NCBI GenBank assembly: GCA_028716665.1
Contig: JAQUPP010000001.1
Span: 282,860-346,859, forward strand
DNA: 64,000 nucleotides
Direction of reading: 5' to 3'
DNA from: Patescibacteria group bacterium
GTDB lineage: Bacteria; Patescibacteriota; Patescibacteriia; UBA2591; JAQUPP01
Shown here: positions 1 to 8,611 of the stretch, piece after piece
How positions within the stretch are numbered: position 1 is the stretch's first letter
How the letters are laid out: each line of letters opens with the position of its first letter
Position numbers and translations under genes: made by a program
Notes under the pieces: model-generated
What the model was told of the DNA's origin: nothing
The model's input: only the letters and a program-made list of their open reading frames with translations
Databases searched by the model: none

Positions 1-828
1 AGTGTTCTAGCCGGACTTCAAGCATCTGAGCTGATTATTTTGGCCGCCAGACCTTCTATCGGAAAAAGCGCCTTGGCTCTTGATATTGCCAGACGCGCGG
101 CCGTTTATCATAAAATTCCGGTGGGAATTTTCAGTTTTGAAATGTCAAAAGATCAAATTTGCGACAGAATAATTTGCGCTCAAGCAGGGGTTAATCTTTG
201 GAAAATCAGAACAGGAAATATTGCCAAAGACGGCGACGGAGATTTTAAAAAATTGGGAGAAGCTTTCAGTGTTTTGGCTGAAACGCCTATTTTTATTGAT
301 GATTCGCCAACCGCGAGCGTGAATGAAATCAGAACAAAAGCCAGAAGATTGCAATCAGAACACGGACTCGGTTTATTGATTATAGATTATTTACAATTAA
401 TGGAAGGCGCCAGCGGTACTGAAAATCGTGTTCAAGAAGTTTCAGAAATTTCTCGAGCGCTTAAAGCTATTGCCCGTGAACTTAATATTCCGGTCTTGGC
501 TCTTTCTCAGCTTTCCCGCGCCACGGAAGCGAGAACTCCGGCTATTCCCAAATTGGCTGACTTAAGAGAAAGCGGCAGTTTGGAACAAGACGCTGACGTG
601 GTTCTCTTTATTTATCGGAAAGCAATGGATAAAAGCATTAAATTTTGTCCGCCTGAAGAAAAAAATGTTGCGGAAATTCATATTGGCAAACATCGTCACG
701 GCCCGGCCGGAGGAATTGTTAAATTATATTTTGAAGCGGAAACAGCCAGTTATAAAAATTTAGACAAAAAAATGTTAGATAATTTGGAAGGAGATAGCAG
801 TGATATTGAAGAATCAGGGCCATTCTAA
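1..828 (+). CDS. dnaB: Replicative DNA helicase DnaB, C-terminal RecA-like domain (5' end lies outside the window)
   Basis: In-frame from base 1; Walker A 'GKSALALD'; DnaB motifs 'LLIIDYLQLM' and 'SQLSR...ESGSLEQDADVVLFIYR'; TAA stop at 826-828. Confidence 0.9.
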   Translation, partial: SVLAGLQASELIILAARPSIGKSALALDIARRAAVYHKIPVGIFSFEMSKDQICDRIICAQAGVNLWKIRTGNIAKDGDGDFKKLGEAFSVLAETPIFIDDSPTASVNEIRTKARRLQSEHGLGLLIIDYLQLMEGASGTENRVQEVSEISRALKAIARELNIPVLALSQLSRATEARTPAIPKLADLRESGSLEQDADVVLFIYRKAMDKSIKFCPPEEKNVAEIHIGKHRHGPAGGIVKLYFEAETASYKNLDKKMLDNLEGDSSDIEESGPF

Positions 829-1006
829 AGAGTTTTGTCTTCGGACGTTAAGTCGGAGCAACAAAACCTTCCCCCTCCTTTATCCCAATGATAAATTTTC
901 GATAATCGTTAGGATAAAAGGCGAAGCCGCTTCGCTTACGGAATATTGTAAAATAAAAGGCTTTCGATGGAGTAAAGGAGGGGGCGTAAATTTCGACAAA
1001 TTTAGT

Positions 1007-1615
1007 ATGTTCTACCCAAAAGACATAAAAAATTTAATTGAGGAATTCAGTAAATTCCCCGGCATAGGACCGAAGTCAGCTCAGCGGTTCGTTTTTTATT
1101 TATTAAGAAAAAGTCCGGAAGATATAAAAAAATTGATTTTGAGTCTTGAAGGAATTAAAAATATTCACATTTGCAGCGTTTGCGGAAATTTTTCCGATCA
1201 AAATATTTGTTCCATTTGCCAAGATAAAAATCGCGATCATTCGGTGGTGGCGGTCATTGCCGAGCCGCAAGATTTAATGGCCATAGAAAAAACAGGAGAA
1301 TATCAAGGAACTTATCACGTTCTTGGCGGCTTGATTGACATGATTGAAAACAAAAGTCCGGAACAAATTAAAATAAAAGAATTATTGACAAGATTGAAAA
1401 ATTCTCCGATTAAAGAATTAATTTTTGCTTTAAACGCCACCATAGAAGGCGAAAGCACAATACTTTATATTACTAATTTAATCAAGGAAGATAAAATTTT
1501 AAGCAGTAAAATAAAACTAACCAGAATAGCGCGCGGCTTGCCTTTGGGAGGAGAACTAGAATATGCGGACGAAATTACTTTAACCGAAGCGCTAAAAGGA
1601 AGAAGGGGAGTTTAA
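1007..1615 (+). CDS. recR: Recombination protein RecR
   Basis: 'MFYPKDIKNLIEEFSKFPGIGPKSAQRFVFYLL' matches the RecR N-terminus/HhH; C4 zinc finger 'CSVCGNFSDQNICSIC'; Toprim region. ORF-track start at 800 is a GTG extension through intergenic DNA; ATG at 1007 gives a canonical ~200 aa RecR. Confidence 0.9.
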   Translation: MFYPKDIKNLIEEFSKFPGIGPKSAQRFVFYLLRKSPEDIKKLILSLEGIKNIHICSVCGNFSDQNICSICQDKNRDHSVVAVIAEPQDLMAIEKTGEYQGTYHVLGGLIDMIENKSPEQIKIKELLTRLKNSPIKELIFALNATIEGESTILYITNLIKEDKILSSKIKLTRIARGLPLGGELEYADEITLTEALKGRRGV

Positions 1616-1643
1616 AAAATATGATAGGCGTATAACTATAGGA

Positions 1644-1672
1644 TTGACAAAAAGTTTAAAATTTGCTACAAT
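1644..1672 (+). promoter_or_regulatory. Sigma70-type promoter (TTGACA-N17-TACAAT) of the conserved 'GGxTTGACAAAA...TGCTAnAAT' family
   Basis: ttgaca at 1644-1649, 17-nt spacer, tacaat at 1667-1672, upstream of the 1745 gene. Confidence 0.5.
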
Positions 1673-1744
1673 TTTAGAGTAAAATAGAAGCACAAATTAA
1701 AGGTTAAAGATATCATTAAATTTTTAAAAGTAAATAAAAAATAT

Positions 1745-2581
1745 ATGGAAAAAAATCATTTAATCCATAAAGAATTTACTAATAACATTGAAGGTGGTGG
1801 GAATGTTAAAAAAAATGTTAAAGAAGAAGCAAAAGGATATGATTTAGAAAGAGACAAGTTGTTGGCAGCAATAGAAAAAGATGAGTTCGCCCTTATGGAT
1901 GTCTCGGCTGAACTTAGAAATGATAAAGAAGTTATTTTGGCAGCAATAAAACAAGATAGTCAGGCTCTTCAACATGCCTCAAAGGAACTTAGGAATGATA
2001 AAGAATTTATTTTAGCGGCAATAAAAGCAGATGGCCCTTCTAAGCGTTATATTCTTCAATATGCCTCAGAGGAACTTAAAAATGACAAAGATATTGTTTT
2101 GGCAGCAGTGAAACAAGATAGTAGGGCTCTTGAATATTCTTCAGATGAATTTAGAAATGATAAAGAAATTATTTTAGCGGTAATAAAAGCAAGAGCAGCT
2201 AATTTTTCTAACTCTTCTGACGATTTGGGTCTTGGATATGCCTCAGAGGAACTTAAAAATGACAAAGATATTGTTTTGGCAGCAGTGAAACAAGATGGCC
2301 ATGCTCTTCAATATGCCTCAGAGGAACTTAAAAATGACAAAGATATTGTTTTGGCAGCAATAAAACAAGACTACTATGCCTTTGAACATGCCTCAAAGGA
2401 ACTTAGGAGTGATAAAAAATTTGTTTTGGCAGCAATGACAAAAACAGTCAATACCTTTCTATATGCCTCAGAGGAACTTAGGAATGATAAAGAAGTTATT
2501 TTGGCGGCAGAGAAATGTGGCTACCCGACGGATGACGAAAGGACAAAGCACAATTTAGATGATGGCCTCTATGGATATTAG
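1745..2581 (+). CDS. DUF4116-like tandem-repeat protein (eight ~25-34 aa 'ELRNDKEIILAAVKQDGxALQYAS' repeats)
   Basis: Strongly periodic protein repeats visible in the translation; the ORF ends at an in-frame TAG (2579-2581) that is followed by 31 more in-frame repeat-like codons. Confidence 0.7.
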   Translation: MEKNHLIHKEFTNNIEGGGNVKKNVKEEAKGYDLERDKLLAAIEKDEFALMDVSAELRNDKEVILAAIKQDSQALQHASKELRNDKEFILAAIKADGPSKRYILQYASEELKNDKDIVLAAVKQDSRALEYSSDEFRNDKEIILAVIKARAANFSNSSDDLGLGYASEELKNDKDIVLAAVKQDGHALQYASEELKNDKDIVLAAIKQDYYAFEHASKELRSDKKFVLAAMTKTVNTFLYASEELRNDKEVILAAEKCGYPTDDERTKHNLDDGLYGY

Positions 2582-2745
2582 AATAATAAAGAAATTATTT
2601 TAGCGGCGGTGAGAGAAAATCCAGACGCTATTATTGAAGCTTCTATAGAAATACAAGATAAATTAAAAATTATTTAAGTAGACTGGATGACTACTTAGCA
2701 TTTATGCTTCAATTTTGTTCCGATCCGCTAGCTGGCGTCTTAAAG

Positions 2746-2777
2746 AATCCCAACGTTTTGCGTTGGGATTCTTTTTT
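2746..2777 (+). terminator. Rho-independent terminator
   Basis: aatcccaacg/cgttgggatt stem followed by a T-run. Confidence 0.7.
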
Positions 2778-2794
2778 GTGATTAATTTTATTAG

Positions 2795-2823
2795 TTGACA
2801 TAATGCTTTTTTTCTTGTATTAT
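2795..2823 (+). promoter_or_regulatory. Sigma70-type promoter (TTGACA-N17-TATTAT); the predicted transcript is near-leaderless for femAB
   Basis: ttgaca 2795-2800, tattat 2818-2823, ATG at 2833. Confidence 0.5.
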
Positions 2824-2832
2824 GAAATCAAG

Positions 2833-3795
2833 ATGACAATTGCTTCTATCAATAATCAAAAAGAATGGGACGATTTTGTTCTCTTAAACGGAGAACAATT
2901 TTTACAATCTTGGCAATGGGGAGAATTCCAAAAAAATCTCGGCCGAAAAATTTGGCGTATGGCTGTTTACGAAGGCAATGAAATTATCGCCGCCGCTTTA
3001 ATCATAAAATATCAATTGCCATTTAATAAAAATTATTTTTATTCTCCGCGCGGGCCAATACTGAAAGAATCTGGAATATGGAATTTAGAATATGGAATAT
3101 TATTGGAAAAAATAAAAGAATTGGCTAAGCAAGAAAATGCGATTTTTTGGCGAATTGAGTCTCCAAATTCCAAATTCTATATTCCAAATTCTAAGCGGAT
3201 TTCTGATGTCCAACCGTCAAAAACAGTGATTCTGGATTTAAAAAAGACAAGTGATGAAATTTTTACCAAAATGCATTCTAAAACCAGATATAATATTCGT
3301 TTAGCCGAAAAACAAGGCGTAAAAATATATGAAAAAACAGGAGAAGGAGCGGAAGTTTTTTTAAAACTTCTTAAAGAAACTTCTCTGCGCGATCAATTCA
3401 GGGCGCACCCGGATAATTATTATTCTCATCTTTTGAATTTTAATCCGCAATTTGTCAGATTGTACGTGGCCGAATATGAAAATAAAATTTTGGCAGCCAA
3501 TTTGATGATTTTCTCTTCAAAAACGGTGACTTATCTTCACGGCGCTTCTTCAAATCTTCATCGCAATGTGATGGCACCTTATCTTTTGCATTGGTTTATT
3601 ATTCAGGAAGCTGTTAAAAACGGTTATTTTTATTATGATTTTTGGGGAATAGACGAAAAAAAATGGCCGGGTGTAACTCGTTTTAAAAAAGGATTTAACG
3701 GTGAAGAAGTTATTTATCCGGGAACTTTTGATTTACCATTTTCTAATTTTTGGTACACTATATATAGGGTCGGAAGGGTAGTAAAAAAGATATAA
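2833..3795 (+). CDS. FemAB-family peptidoglycan interpeptide-bridge aminoacyltransferase
   Basis: Length and motifs resemble FemA/FemX ('KTRYNIRLAEKQGV', 'LYVAEYENKILAANLMIFSSKTVTYLHGASS', 'RFKKGFNG'). Contains two in-frame heptamer-repeat patches: 3072-3098 'SGIWNLEYGILL' and 3163-3195 'SPNSKFYIPNSK'. Confidence 0.75.
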   Translation: MTIASINNQKEWDDFVLLNGEQFLQSWQWGEFQKNLGRKIWRMAVYEGNEIIAAALIIKYQLPFNKNYFYSPRGPILKESGIWNLEYGILLEKIKELAKQENAIFWRIESPNSKFYIPNSKRISDVQPSKTVILDLKKTSDEIFTKMHSKTRYNIRLAEKQGVKIYEKTGEGAEVFLKLLKETSLRDQFRAHPDNYYSHLLNFNPQFVRLYVAEYENKILAANLMIFSSKTVTYLHGASSNLHRNVMAPYLLHWFIIQEAVKNGYFYYDFWGIDEKKWPGVTRFKKGFNGEEVIYPGTFDLPFSNFWYTIYRVGRVVKKI

Positions 3796-3901
3796 ATTAA
3801 ACAGTTTTTGGTTATTAGTTCTTAGTTTTAGTTTATTAGTTTCCAGTTTCAAAATGAATAACCAAATAACCATAACCGTCAACTAAAAACTACAAACTAT
3901 T

Positions 3902-4807
3902 ATGGTCTCCTTGCTTCTGTCAATAATTATCGGTTTTTTTCCATCAAATAATTTGAGTAATTTTAATTTTTTAAAAGACGCAGTTAAAACACCGGTTAAT
4001 ATTTCCGAGTTTCCTTATTCATTCGGTCCAAAATTAACGGCCAAGAGTGCCATTGTTATAGATGTTGATTCGGGTAAAGTTCTATTTGAAAAAAATTCTG
4101 AAGAAAAATTGCCCATTGCCAGTATTACCAAATTGATGACTGCCTTGGTTTTTTTGGAAAATAAAACAAAAACTTGGAATGATACGATAGAAGTAAAAAA
4201 AGAAGATTCGGTGGGAAGTGGAGGATTGTCAAATCAACTCGAACCGGCAAGTTTGGCGGTCAAAGAAGGAGATATTTTAACAGTTAAAGATATTTTTTAC
4301 GGAGGACTGATAAAATCAGCCAATAATGCCATGAAAATTTTAGCTCGCGTAGTATCAAATGACAGCGGAAAAAATTTTATTGACTTAATGAATAATAAAG
4401 CGCAAGATTTATCAATGCTTAACACGCACTTTGAAGAACCGACCGGACTTGATCCGAAAAATTATTCTACGGCTCGAGATTTGGCAAAATTAATTGTTGA
4501 AGCAATGGAGAGGTCGGAAATCAGAGAAGCGCTTGAAAAAAAAGATTATGATGTTCAAATAATAAAATCGGATAAATCTTTGACTCATCTTCATATTCAA
4601 AACACTGACAAATTGCTGGGAAGTTTTATCAATATTAAAGGAGCTAAAACCGGTTATATTAATGAAAGTGATTATTGTTTAGCCGCTTTAAGCCAAATAG
4701 ACAATCATAATTTGGCAGTAATAATTTTGGGGGCAAAAACAAGTGAAAATAGATTTCAAGAAGCAAAAAGTTTAATTTTTTGGGCTAATCAACAATTGAA
4801 CAAATAA
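3902..4807 (+). CDS. D-alanyl-D-alanine carboxypeptidase (peptidase S11, PBP5/6-like)
   Basis: Active-site 'SITKLMT' (SxxK), 'SAN' in 'IKSANNAM', 'KTG' in 'GAKTGYI'; N-terminal signal/TM. Confidence 0.8.
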   Translation: MVSLLLSIIIGFFPSNNLSNFNFLKDAVKTPVNISEFPYSFGPKLTAKSAIVIDVDSGKVLFEKNSEEKLPIASITKLMTALVFLENKTKTWNDTIEVKKEDSVGSGGLSNQLEPASLAVKEGDILTVKDIFYGGLIKSANNAMKILARVVSNDSGKNFIDLMNNKAQDLSMLNTHFEEPTGLDPKNYSTARDLAKLIVEAMERSEIREALEKKDYDVQIIKSDKSLTHLHIQNTDKLLGSFINIKGAKTGYINESDYCLAALSQIDNHNLAVIILGAKTSENRFQEAKSLIFWANQQLNK

Positions 4808-4827
4808 ACAAATAATTTTAAATATAT

Positions 4828-5643
4828 ATGAAACGTCCGATTGTCATCGCTAATTGGAAAATGCAACTGGGATTAAAGGAAGGAGAGTCCTTAATGGATG
4901 ACATTTTGAATCGTCTTGGAAAAATAAAAACAATTGCGGAAAAAGTTGATATTATTTTTTGTCCGCCATTTTTTGCCTTGGAATCTATTTCAAAAAAATT
5001 AAAAGGCAGCTTCTCTTTGCTTAACAGAAAAAATCAAATGACTAATTTATTTTTGGGAGCACAGGATTGTTTTTGGGAGCATAAAGGAGCTTTTACCGGA
5101 GAAATTTCTCCTGATCAATTAAAAGAATTAGGTTGTCAATATGTTATTATCGGCCATTCGGAGCGCAGACAGAATTTGGGAGAAACCGATGAAATGGTTC
5201 ATCACAAAATAAAAACAGTTTTGGAAAGCGAATTAACTCCGATTCTTTGTGTTGGCGAGACTTTTGAAGAACGTCAAAATGGAGCCAAAGATTACGTGAT
5301 TATCAATCAAGTTACCAGAGCTCTAGAGGGAAATGTTTTAAAAGCGGATCAGGAAATAATTGTCGCTTACGAACCGATTTGGGTTATTGGCAGCGGCCAA
5401 GTCGTGACCCAAGAAGAAGCCCAATACACAAATCAAGTTATTCAACAAAGAATGATTGATTTTTATCCTTTACCGTTAATAAAAAATAACATTCGTTTAC
5501 TTTACGGCGGCGGAATTGACTCAACAAATGTCGGTCAATTTATTGAGAAAGACATTATTGACGGAATTTTAGTCGGCAATACGAGTTTAAAAGCGGAAGA
5601 ATTCGTTAAAATGATTGAGGCTATCGGTCTTAAAACTAAATAA
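4828..5643 (+). CDS. tpiA: Triosephosphate isomerase
   Basis: 'IANWKMQ', 'IIGHSERR', 'VAYEPIWVIGSG', 'LYGGGI'. Confidence 0.9.
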   Translation: MKRPIVIANWKMQLGLKEGESLMDDILNRLGKIKTIAEKVDIIFCPPFFALESISKKLKGSFSLLNRKNQMTNLFLGAQDCFWEHKGAFTGEISPDQLKELGCQYVIIGHSERRQNLGETDEMVHHKIKTVLESELTPILCVGETFEERQNGAKDYVIINQVTRALEGNVLKADQEIIVAYEPIWVIGSGQVVTQEEAQYTNQVIQQRMIDFYPLPLIKNNIRLLYGGGIDSTNVGQFIEKDIIDGILVGNTSLKAEEFVKMIEAIGLKTK

Positions 5644-5658
5644 TAATTTAAATTTCAA

Positions 5659-5967
5659 ATGTTAATCAATATTATTCTCTTCATTATTTTTATATTTTCT
5701 CTCGGAGGCATTATTTTTATAATTAAACCGAAATTGCCCTTGATATCCAATCTTGATTTATCTCAAGTCCCCCAGGAAAAAATTGCTCAAGTTAAAAAAG
5801 ATCTTTTAGATAAAAAAATAGACAGGCAAATTATTGAAGTGGTGTATAGGCTTAGAATAAAAAGAGATAATTTGAAAATAAACACGAAAAATGTTTTTTG
5901 GAAACTGAAAAATTTATCATCAAAAATTGCCTTCAAGGCCCTTGCTTTTTTTAGAAAAAAGAAGTAG
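5659..5967 (+). CDS. Small hypothetical membrane protein
   Basis: N-terminal TM helix with a K/R-rich tail; sits at the position SecG often occupies after tpiA but has no SecG motif. Confidence 0.3.
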   Translation: MLINIILFIIFIFSLGGIIFIIKPKLPLISNLDLSQVPQEKIAQVKKDLLDKKIDRQIIEVVYRLRIKRDNLKINTKNVFWKLKNLSSKIAFKALAFFRKKK

Positions 5968-5992
5968 AATATTTAAAATAGTTATCCGATTT

Positions 5993-6064
5993 GCCCAAGT
6001 AGCTCAGTGGTAGAGCAACTCCATGGTAAGGAGTAGGTCGTCGGTTCAATCCCGACCTTGGGCT
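5993..6064 (+). tRNA. tRNA-Thr (anticodon GGT)
   Basis: Cloverleaf folded by hand: acceptor gcccaag/cttgggc, anticodon arm actcc-atGGTaa-ggagt, T-arm gtcgg-ttcaatc-ccgac; no encoded CCA. Confidence 0.85.
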
Positions 6065-6069
6065 TTTTT

Positions 6070-6152
6070 GGGTGGGTAGCAAAGTAGTCAAATGCGGCAG
6101 ACTGTAAATCTGCTGGCTTCGGTCTTCGTAGGTGCAAATCCTACCCCACCCA
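6070..6152 (+). tRNA. tRNA-Tyr (anticodon GTA), long variable arm
   Basis: Acceptor gggtggg/cccaccc; anticodon arm gcaga-ctGTAaa-tctgc; class-II variable arm; T-arm gtagg-tgcaaat-cctac. Confidence 0.85.
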
Positions 6153-6156
6153 CTTT

Positions 6157-6227
6157 GCCGTCCTAGCTCAACTCCGACGTTTTAGAGTCGGAGTCCCGAC
6201 CTCCAATGGAGCGTCGGGATGGACAGG
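6157..6227 (+). pseudogene. tRNA-like remnant: the first 15 nt of tRNA-Thr(TGT), 'gccgtcctagctcaa', fused to a ~56-bp double-hairpin repeat element
   Basis: 18-nt direct repeat 'tttgccgtcctagctcaa' (6154-6171 and 6250-6267); hairpins ctccgac..gtcggag and tcccgac..gtcggga; the 3' 'ggacagg' is a degenerate acceptor strand. Confidence 0.6.
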
Positions 6228-6252
6228 AAATTTATTATGATTTAAATTTTTT

Positions 6253-6324
6253 GCCGTCCTAGCTCAATGGTAGAGCAACAGTTTTGTAAACTGTAGGTTC
6301 TCGGTCCGATCCCGAGGGACGGCT
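6253..6324 (+). tRNA. tRNA-Thr (anticodon TGT)
   Basis: Acceptor gccgtcc/ggacggc; anticodon arm acagt-ttTGTaa-actgt; T-arm ctcgg-tccgatc-ccgag. Confidence 0.85.
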
Positions 6325-6367
6325 TATAAATAATTTTTTAATTTTATTTAATTGTTAATTCAAATAT

Positions 6368-6523
6368 ATGTCTCAAGAAAATTTGATTAAATTAGAATGT
6401 ACAGAGTGCCACAAGATAAACTATTATTCTAAAAAGAATAAAAAGACAATTAAGGAACGTCTTCAATTGAAAAAATATTGCCGTTCTTGCCGAAAACACG
6501 TTTTGCACAAAGAAACGAAATAG
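6368..6523 (+). CDS. rpmG: 50S ribosomal protein L33
   Basis: 51-aa ORF '[51 protein letters not shown]' with the L33 CxxC...CxxC zinc ribbon; absent from the ORF track because it is under 60 aa; conserved rpmG-tRNATrp synteny. Confidence 0.85.
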   Translation: MSQENLIKLECTECHKINYYSKKNKKTIKERLQLKKYCRSCRKHVLHKETK

Positions 6524-6563
6524 TAGTTTTATTTAATGGTAAAATAAACCCCGCCAGAGCTTT

Positions 6564-6634
6564 GGGGGTGTCGTTCAATGGTAGAATAGCGGTCTCCAAA
6601 ACCGTTGATGAGGGTTCGATTCCTTCCACCCCCG
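6564..6634 (+). tRNA. tRNA-Trp (anticodon CCA)
   Basis: Acceptor gggggtg/caccccc; anticodon arm gcggt-ctCCAaa-accgt; T-arm gaggg-ttcgatt-ccttc. Confidence 0.85.
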
Positions 6635-6922
6635 TGGCATTGGCGGGTAATTATTATCGGAAATATAATTTCTTTTATTTCCGTTTTTATTTTTTCTTGA
6701 CAAATTCTGATAAAATGTTATAGTTTCAATAACTAAAACAACCCACGCAGCAAATCCGAATAAAATTTTTAAAAATAGAAAGCCATTTGCGCGGTACACG
6801 CCTTCGGCTTCATCTATTTTAAAAAATAGTTTATTAATTGATTTGTACGGGGTGCTCCAATTTGTAGCGAAATTTTTAAAAGAAAAAATTTCGAAAAATT
6901 GGGCAAAATAGGAGGTATTTTT

Positions 6923-7621
6923 ATGAAAAGAAAGGAAATTGTAGTTTTAAGTTTAGGAGGATCAATTATCCTCACTAAAGAAGGTCGGCCGGACATTCCC
7001 TTTTTAAAAAGTTTCAAGGAATTAATTGAAACTGAAATTAAAAAAGGGAAACAGTTTATTATTGTTACCGGCGGTGGATCACTTTGCCGTATTCTTAATG
7101 AAGAAATGGCAAAAGATTTCTCCGTTTCTCCGGAAAATTTGGATTGGTTGGGTATTAGCGTCACCAGAGTTAACGCTCAATTAATAAAAATTGTTTTTGG
7201 CGATTTGGTGATGCCGGAAGTAGTTACTGACCCGACAAAGAAAATTGTTTTTAACAAAAAAATTCTTTTGTCCGGCGGTTGGAAACCGGGCCGATCCACT
7301 GATTTTGTGGCGACAAAATTAGCCGAGGTTTATGAGGCAAATACGGTAATAAATCTGAGCAATACTGATTATGTTTATGACAAAGATCCGCGGAAATTTT
7401 CTGACGCTCAGCCAATTAAAAAAATTAATTGGAGCCGTTTTCGCAAGGAAATTGTTGGCACAAAATGGGTGCCGGGTTTAAATAAGCCTTTTGACCCAAT
7501 TGCCAGTAAATTGGCAGAGAAATTAGGCCTTACAGTCGCTTGTTTAAAGGGGACTGATCTCCAGAATTTAGCCAATTTTTTGGAAGGAAGACCTTTCAAC
7601 GGCACAGTAATTGAAAAATAA
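6923..7621 (+). CDS. pyrH: UMP kinase, archaeal-type (amino-acid-kinase fold)
   Basis: 'VLSLGGS', 'IIVTGGGS', 'ISVTRVNAQL', 'GGWKPGRSTDFVATKLAE', 'INLSNTDYVYDKDP', C-terminal 'GTVIE': collinear with archaeal PyrH; SD 'ggaggt' 8 nt upstream of the ATG at 6923. Confidence 0.75.
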   Translation: MKRKEIVVLSLGGSIILTKEGRPDIPFLKSFKELIETEIKKGKQFIIVTGGGSLCRILNEEMAKDFSVSPENLDWLGISVTRVNAQLIKIVFGDLVMPEVVTDPTKKIVFNKKILLSGGWKPGRSTDFVATKLAEVYEANTVINLSNTDYVYDKDPRKFSDAQPIKKINWSRFRKEIVGTKWVPGLNKPFDPIASKLAEKLGLTVACLKGTDLQNLANFLEGRPFNGTVIEK

Positions 7622-7634
7622 AAATTAAAACAAA

Positions 7635-7665
7635 AGAGGCGGTCATCAAAACCGCCTCTTTTTCT
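7635..7665 (+). terminator. Rho-independent terminator
   Basis: agaggcggt/accgcctct stem plus T6. Confidence 0.8.
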
Positions 7666-7666
7666 A

Positions 7667-7695
7667 TTGACAAAACCCAAAAAATATGCTATTAT
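7667..7695 (+). promoter_or_regulatory. Sigma70 promoter with extended -10 (TTGACA-N17-TGcTATTAT), conserved family
   Basis: ttgaca 7667-7672, 'aaaatatgc' spacer, tattat 7690-7695. Confidence 0.55.
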
Positions 7696-7733
7696 TTAAA
7701 CATAATAACCGTTCTTAAAAAAGGGAGGGGAAA

Positions 7734-8363
7734 ATGTTTAATCAGATATTACTAATAGTGAAAATAGCAGCACTAGTGGTTGTTGTGAGCTGTTGGATTG
7801 TATGTGTTGTGGCAAGGAACAACAAAAGTATAAGTTGGAAGGTCTGCATAATTGCCATAGGTACGTCGGTTGCTACTACTGTTATGATGAGTATTTTTGA
7901 GTTTAAACATGGCGATAAGGTGGGGTTTTGCTTTTTAATAGCTTGGACAGTTCTTTTTTTGTTCTTTTTTAAGATGAGTATATTAAAACTTAAAAAGATT
8001 AAAGAAGCTAATCTTATTGGATCTACTAAAACAGGTATAATTCCAAGTTTATATGAGGGAGACACTCTGACGTATAACCTTAAGGGACTTGATCTTCCGA
8101 GACAAGAGGGTGAGTCAGATTGGGAATACCGTCAACGGGTTTTCCCCGAGTTGTACTTCAAAAAGGGATTTACTGTGGCTATTTCAATGCTTATGGGTTG
8201 CAGTGTAACGGAGCTAAGTGACACAGAAAAGATGGTTCTTCTTTCCTCTATGCCCAATGAACCTGAGAACATGAATAGTCATGGGAGGAAGCAGTTTCTT
8301 TTCCAGCTTAAGAATTTCGCTCGAGGTTTTTCAGAAGACCCGCTTAAAACTCGCTCAAAATAA
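7734..8363 (+). CDS. Hypothetical membrane protein
   Basis: Three N-terminal TM helices; strong SD 'gggagggg'; no recognisable domain. Confidence 0.4.
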   Translation: MFNQILLIVKIAALVVVVSCWIVCVVARNNKSISWKVCIIAIGTSVATTVMMSIFEFKHGDKVGFCFLIAWTVLFLFFFKMSILKLKKIKEANLIGSTKTGIIPSLYEGDTLTYNLKGLDLPRQEGESDWEYRQRVFPELYFKKGFTVAISMLMGCSVTELSDTEKMVLLSSMPNEPENMNSHGRKQFLFQLKNFARGFSEDPLKTRSK

Positions 8364-8377
8364 TAAGTAAATAATCA

Positions 8378-8411
8378 GGAGCCTTTCTATACATAATGGA
8401 AGGCTCCTTTT
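8378..8411 (+). terminator. Rho-independent terminator
   Basis: ggagcctt...aaggctcc stem followed by TTTT. Confidence 0.7.
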
Positions 8412-8552
8412 GCATTTGGAAAAAAGTTTCAAGATAAATGTAGATATAGATATTTTCATAAAGAAGTATAGAAAATAAATTACTAATTTTAATAAAAATA
8501 AAAATCTATTTATTACGAGTTCTTATTACTTTTTTAAAAAGTAATGTAGGTG

Positions 8553-8580
8553 TTGACTTTAAGAAAAAAAATAGTATAAT
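8553..8580 (+). promoter_or_regulatory. Sigma70-type promoter (TTGACT-N16-TATAAT) for dnaJ
   Basis: Read directly from the sequence. Confidence 0.45.
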
Positions 8581-8611
8581 TAAAATAAATATTAATTTAG
8601 AATTCTAATTT

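Noticed and set aside
839-860. Possible third copy of the double-hairpin element ('cttcggacgttaagtcggag')
   Set aside because: It shares a 'gacgtt..agtcggag' string with the element, but the arms are not complementary (cggac versus gtcgg), so no hairpin forms; likely chance similarity
800-1006. 5' extension of the recR ORF (GTG at 800) overlapping the dnaB stop
   Set aside because: Canonical RecR starts 'MFYPKDIKNLIEEFSKFPGIGPK' at 1007. The upstream 69 codons have no homology. They contain an intergenic palindrome (gcgaagccgcttcgc, 921-935) and an SD-like ggagggggcg
5659-5967. SecG assignment for the ORF after tpiA
   Set aside because: The position is suggestive, but the sequence has a single TM helix plus a long K/R-rich tail and none of the SecG 'LLQ.GKG' signature; kept as hypothetical
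6478-6799. ORF-track entries 6478-6723 (+) and 6575-6799 (-) overlapping tRNA-Trp
   Set aside because: They run straight through a confidently folded tRNA-Trp and AT-rich spacer. The real coding feature here is the 51-aa rpmG (6368-6523) that the track missed; SecE-like features were looked for downstream and not found
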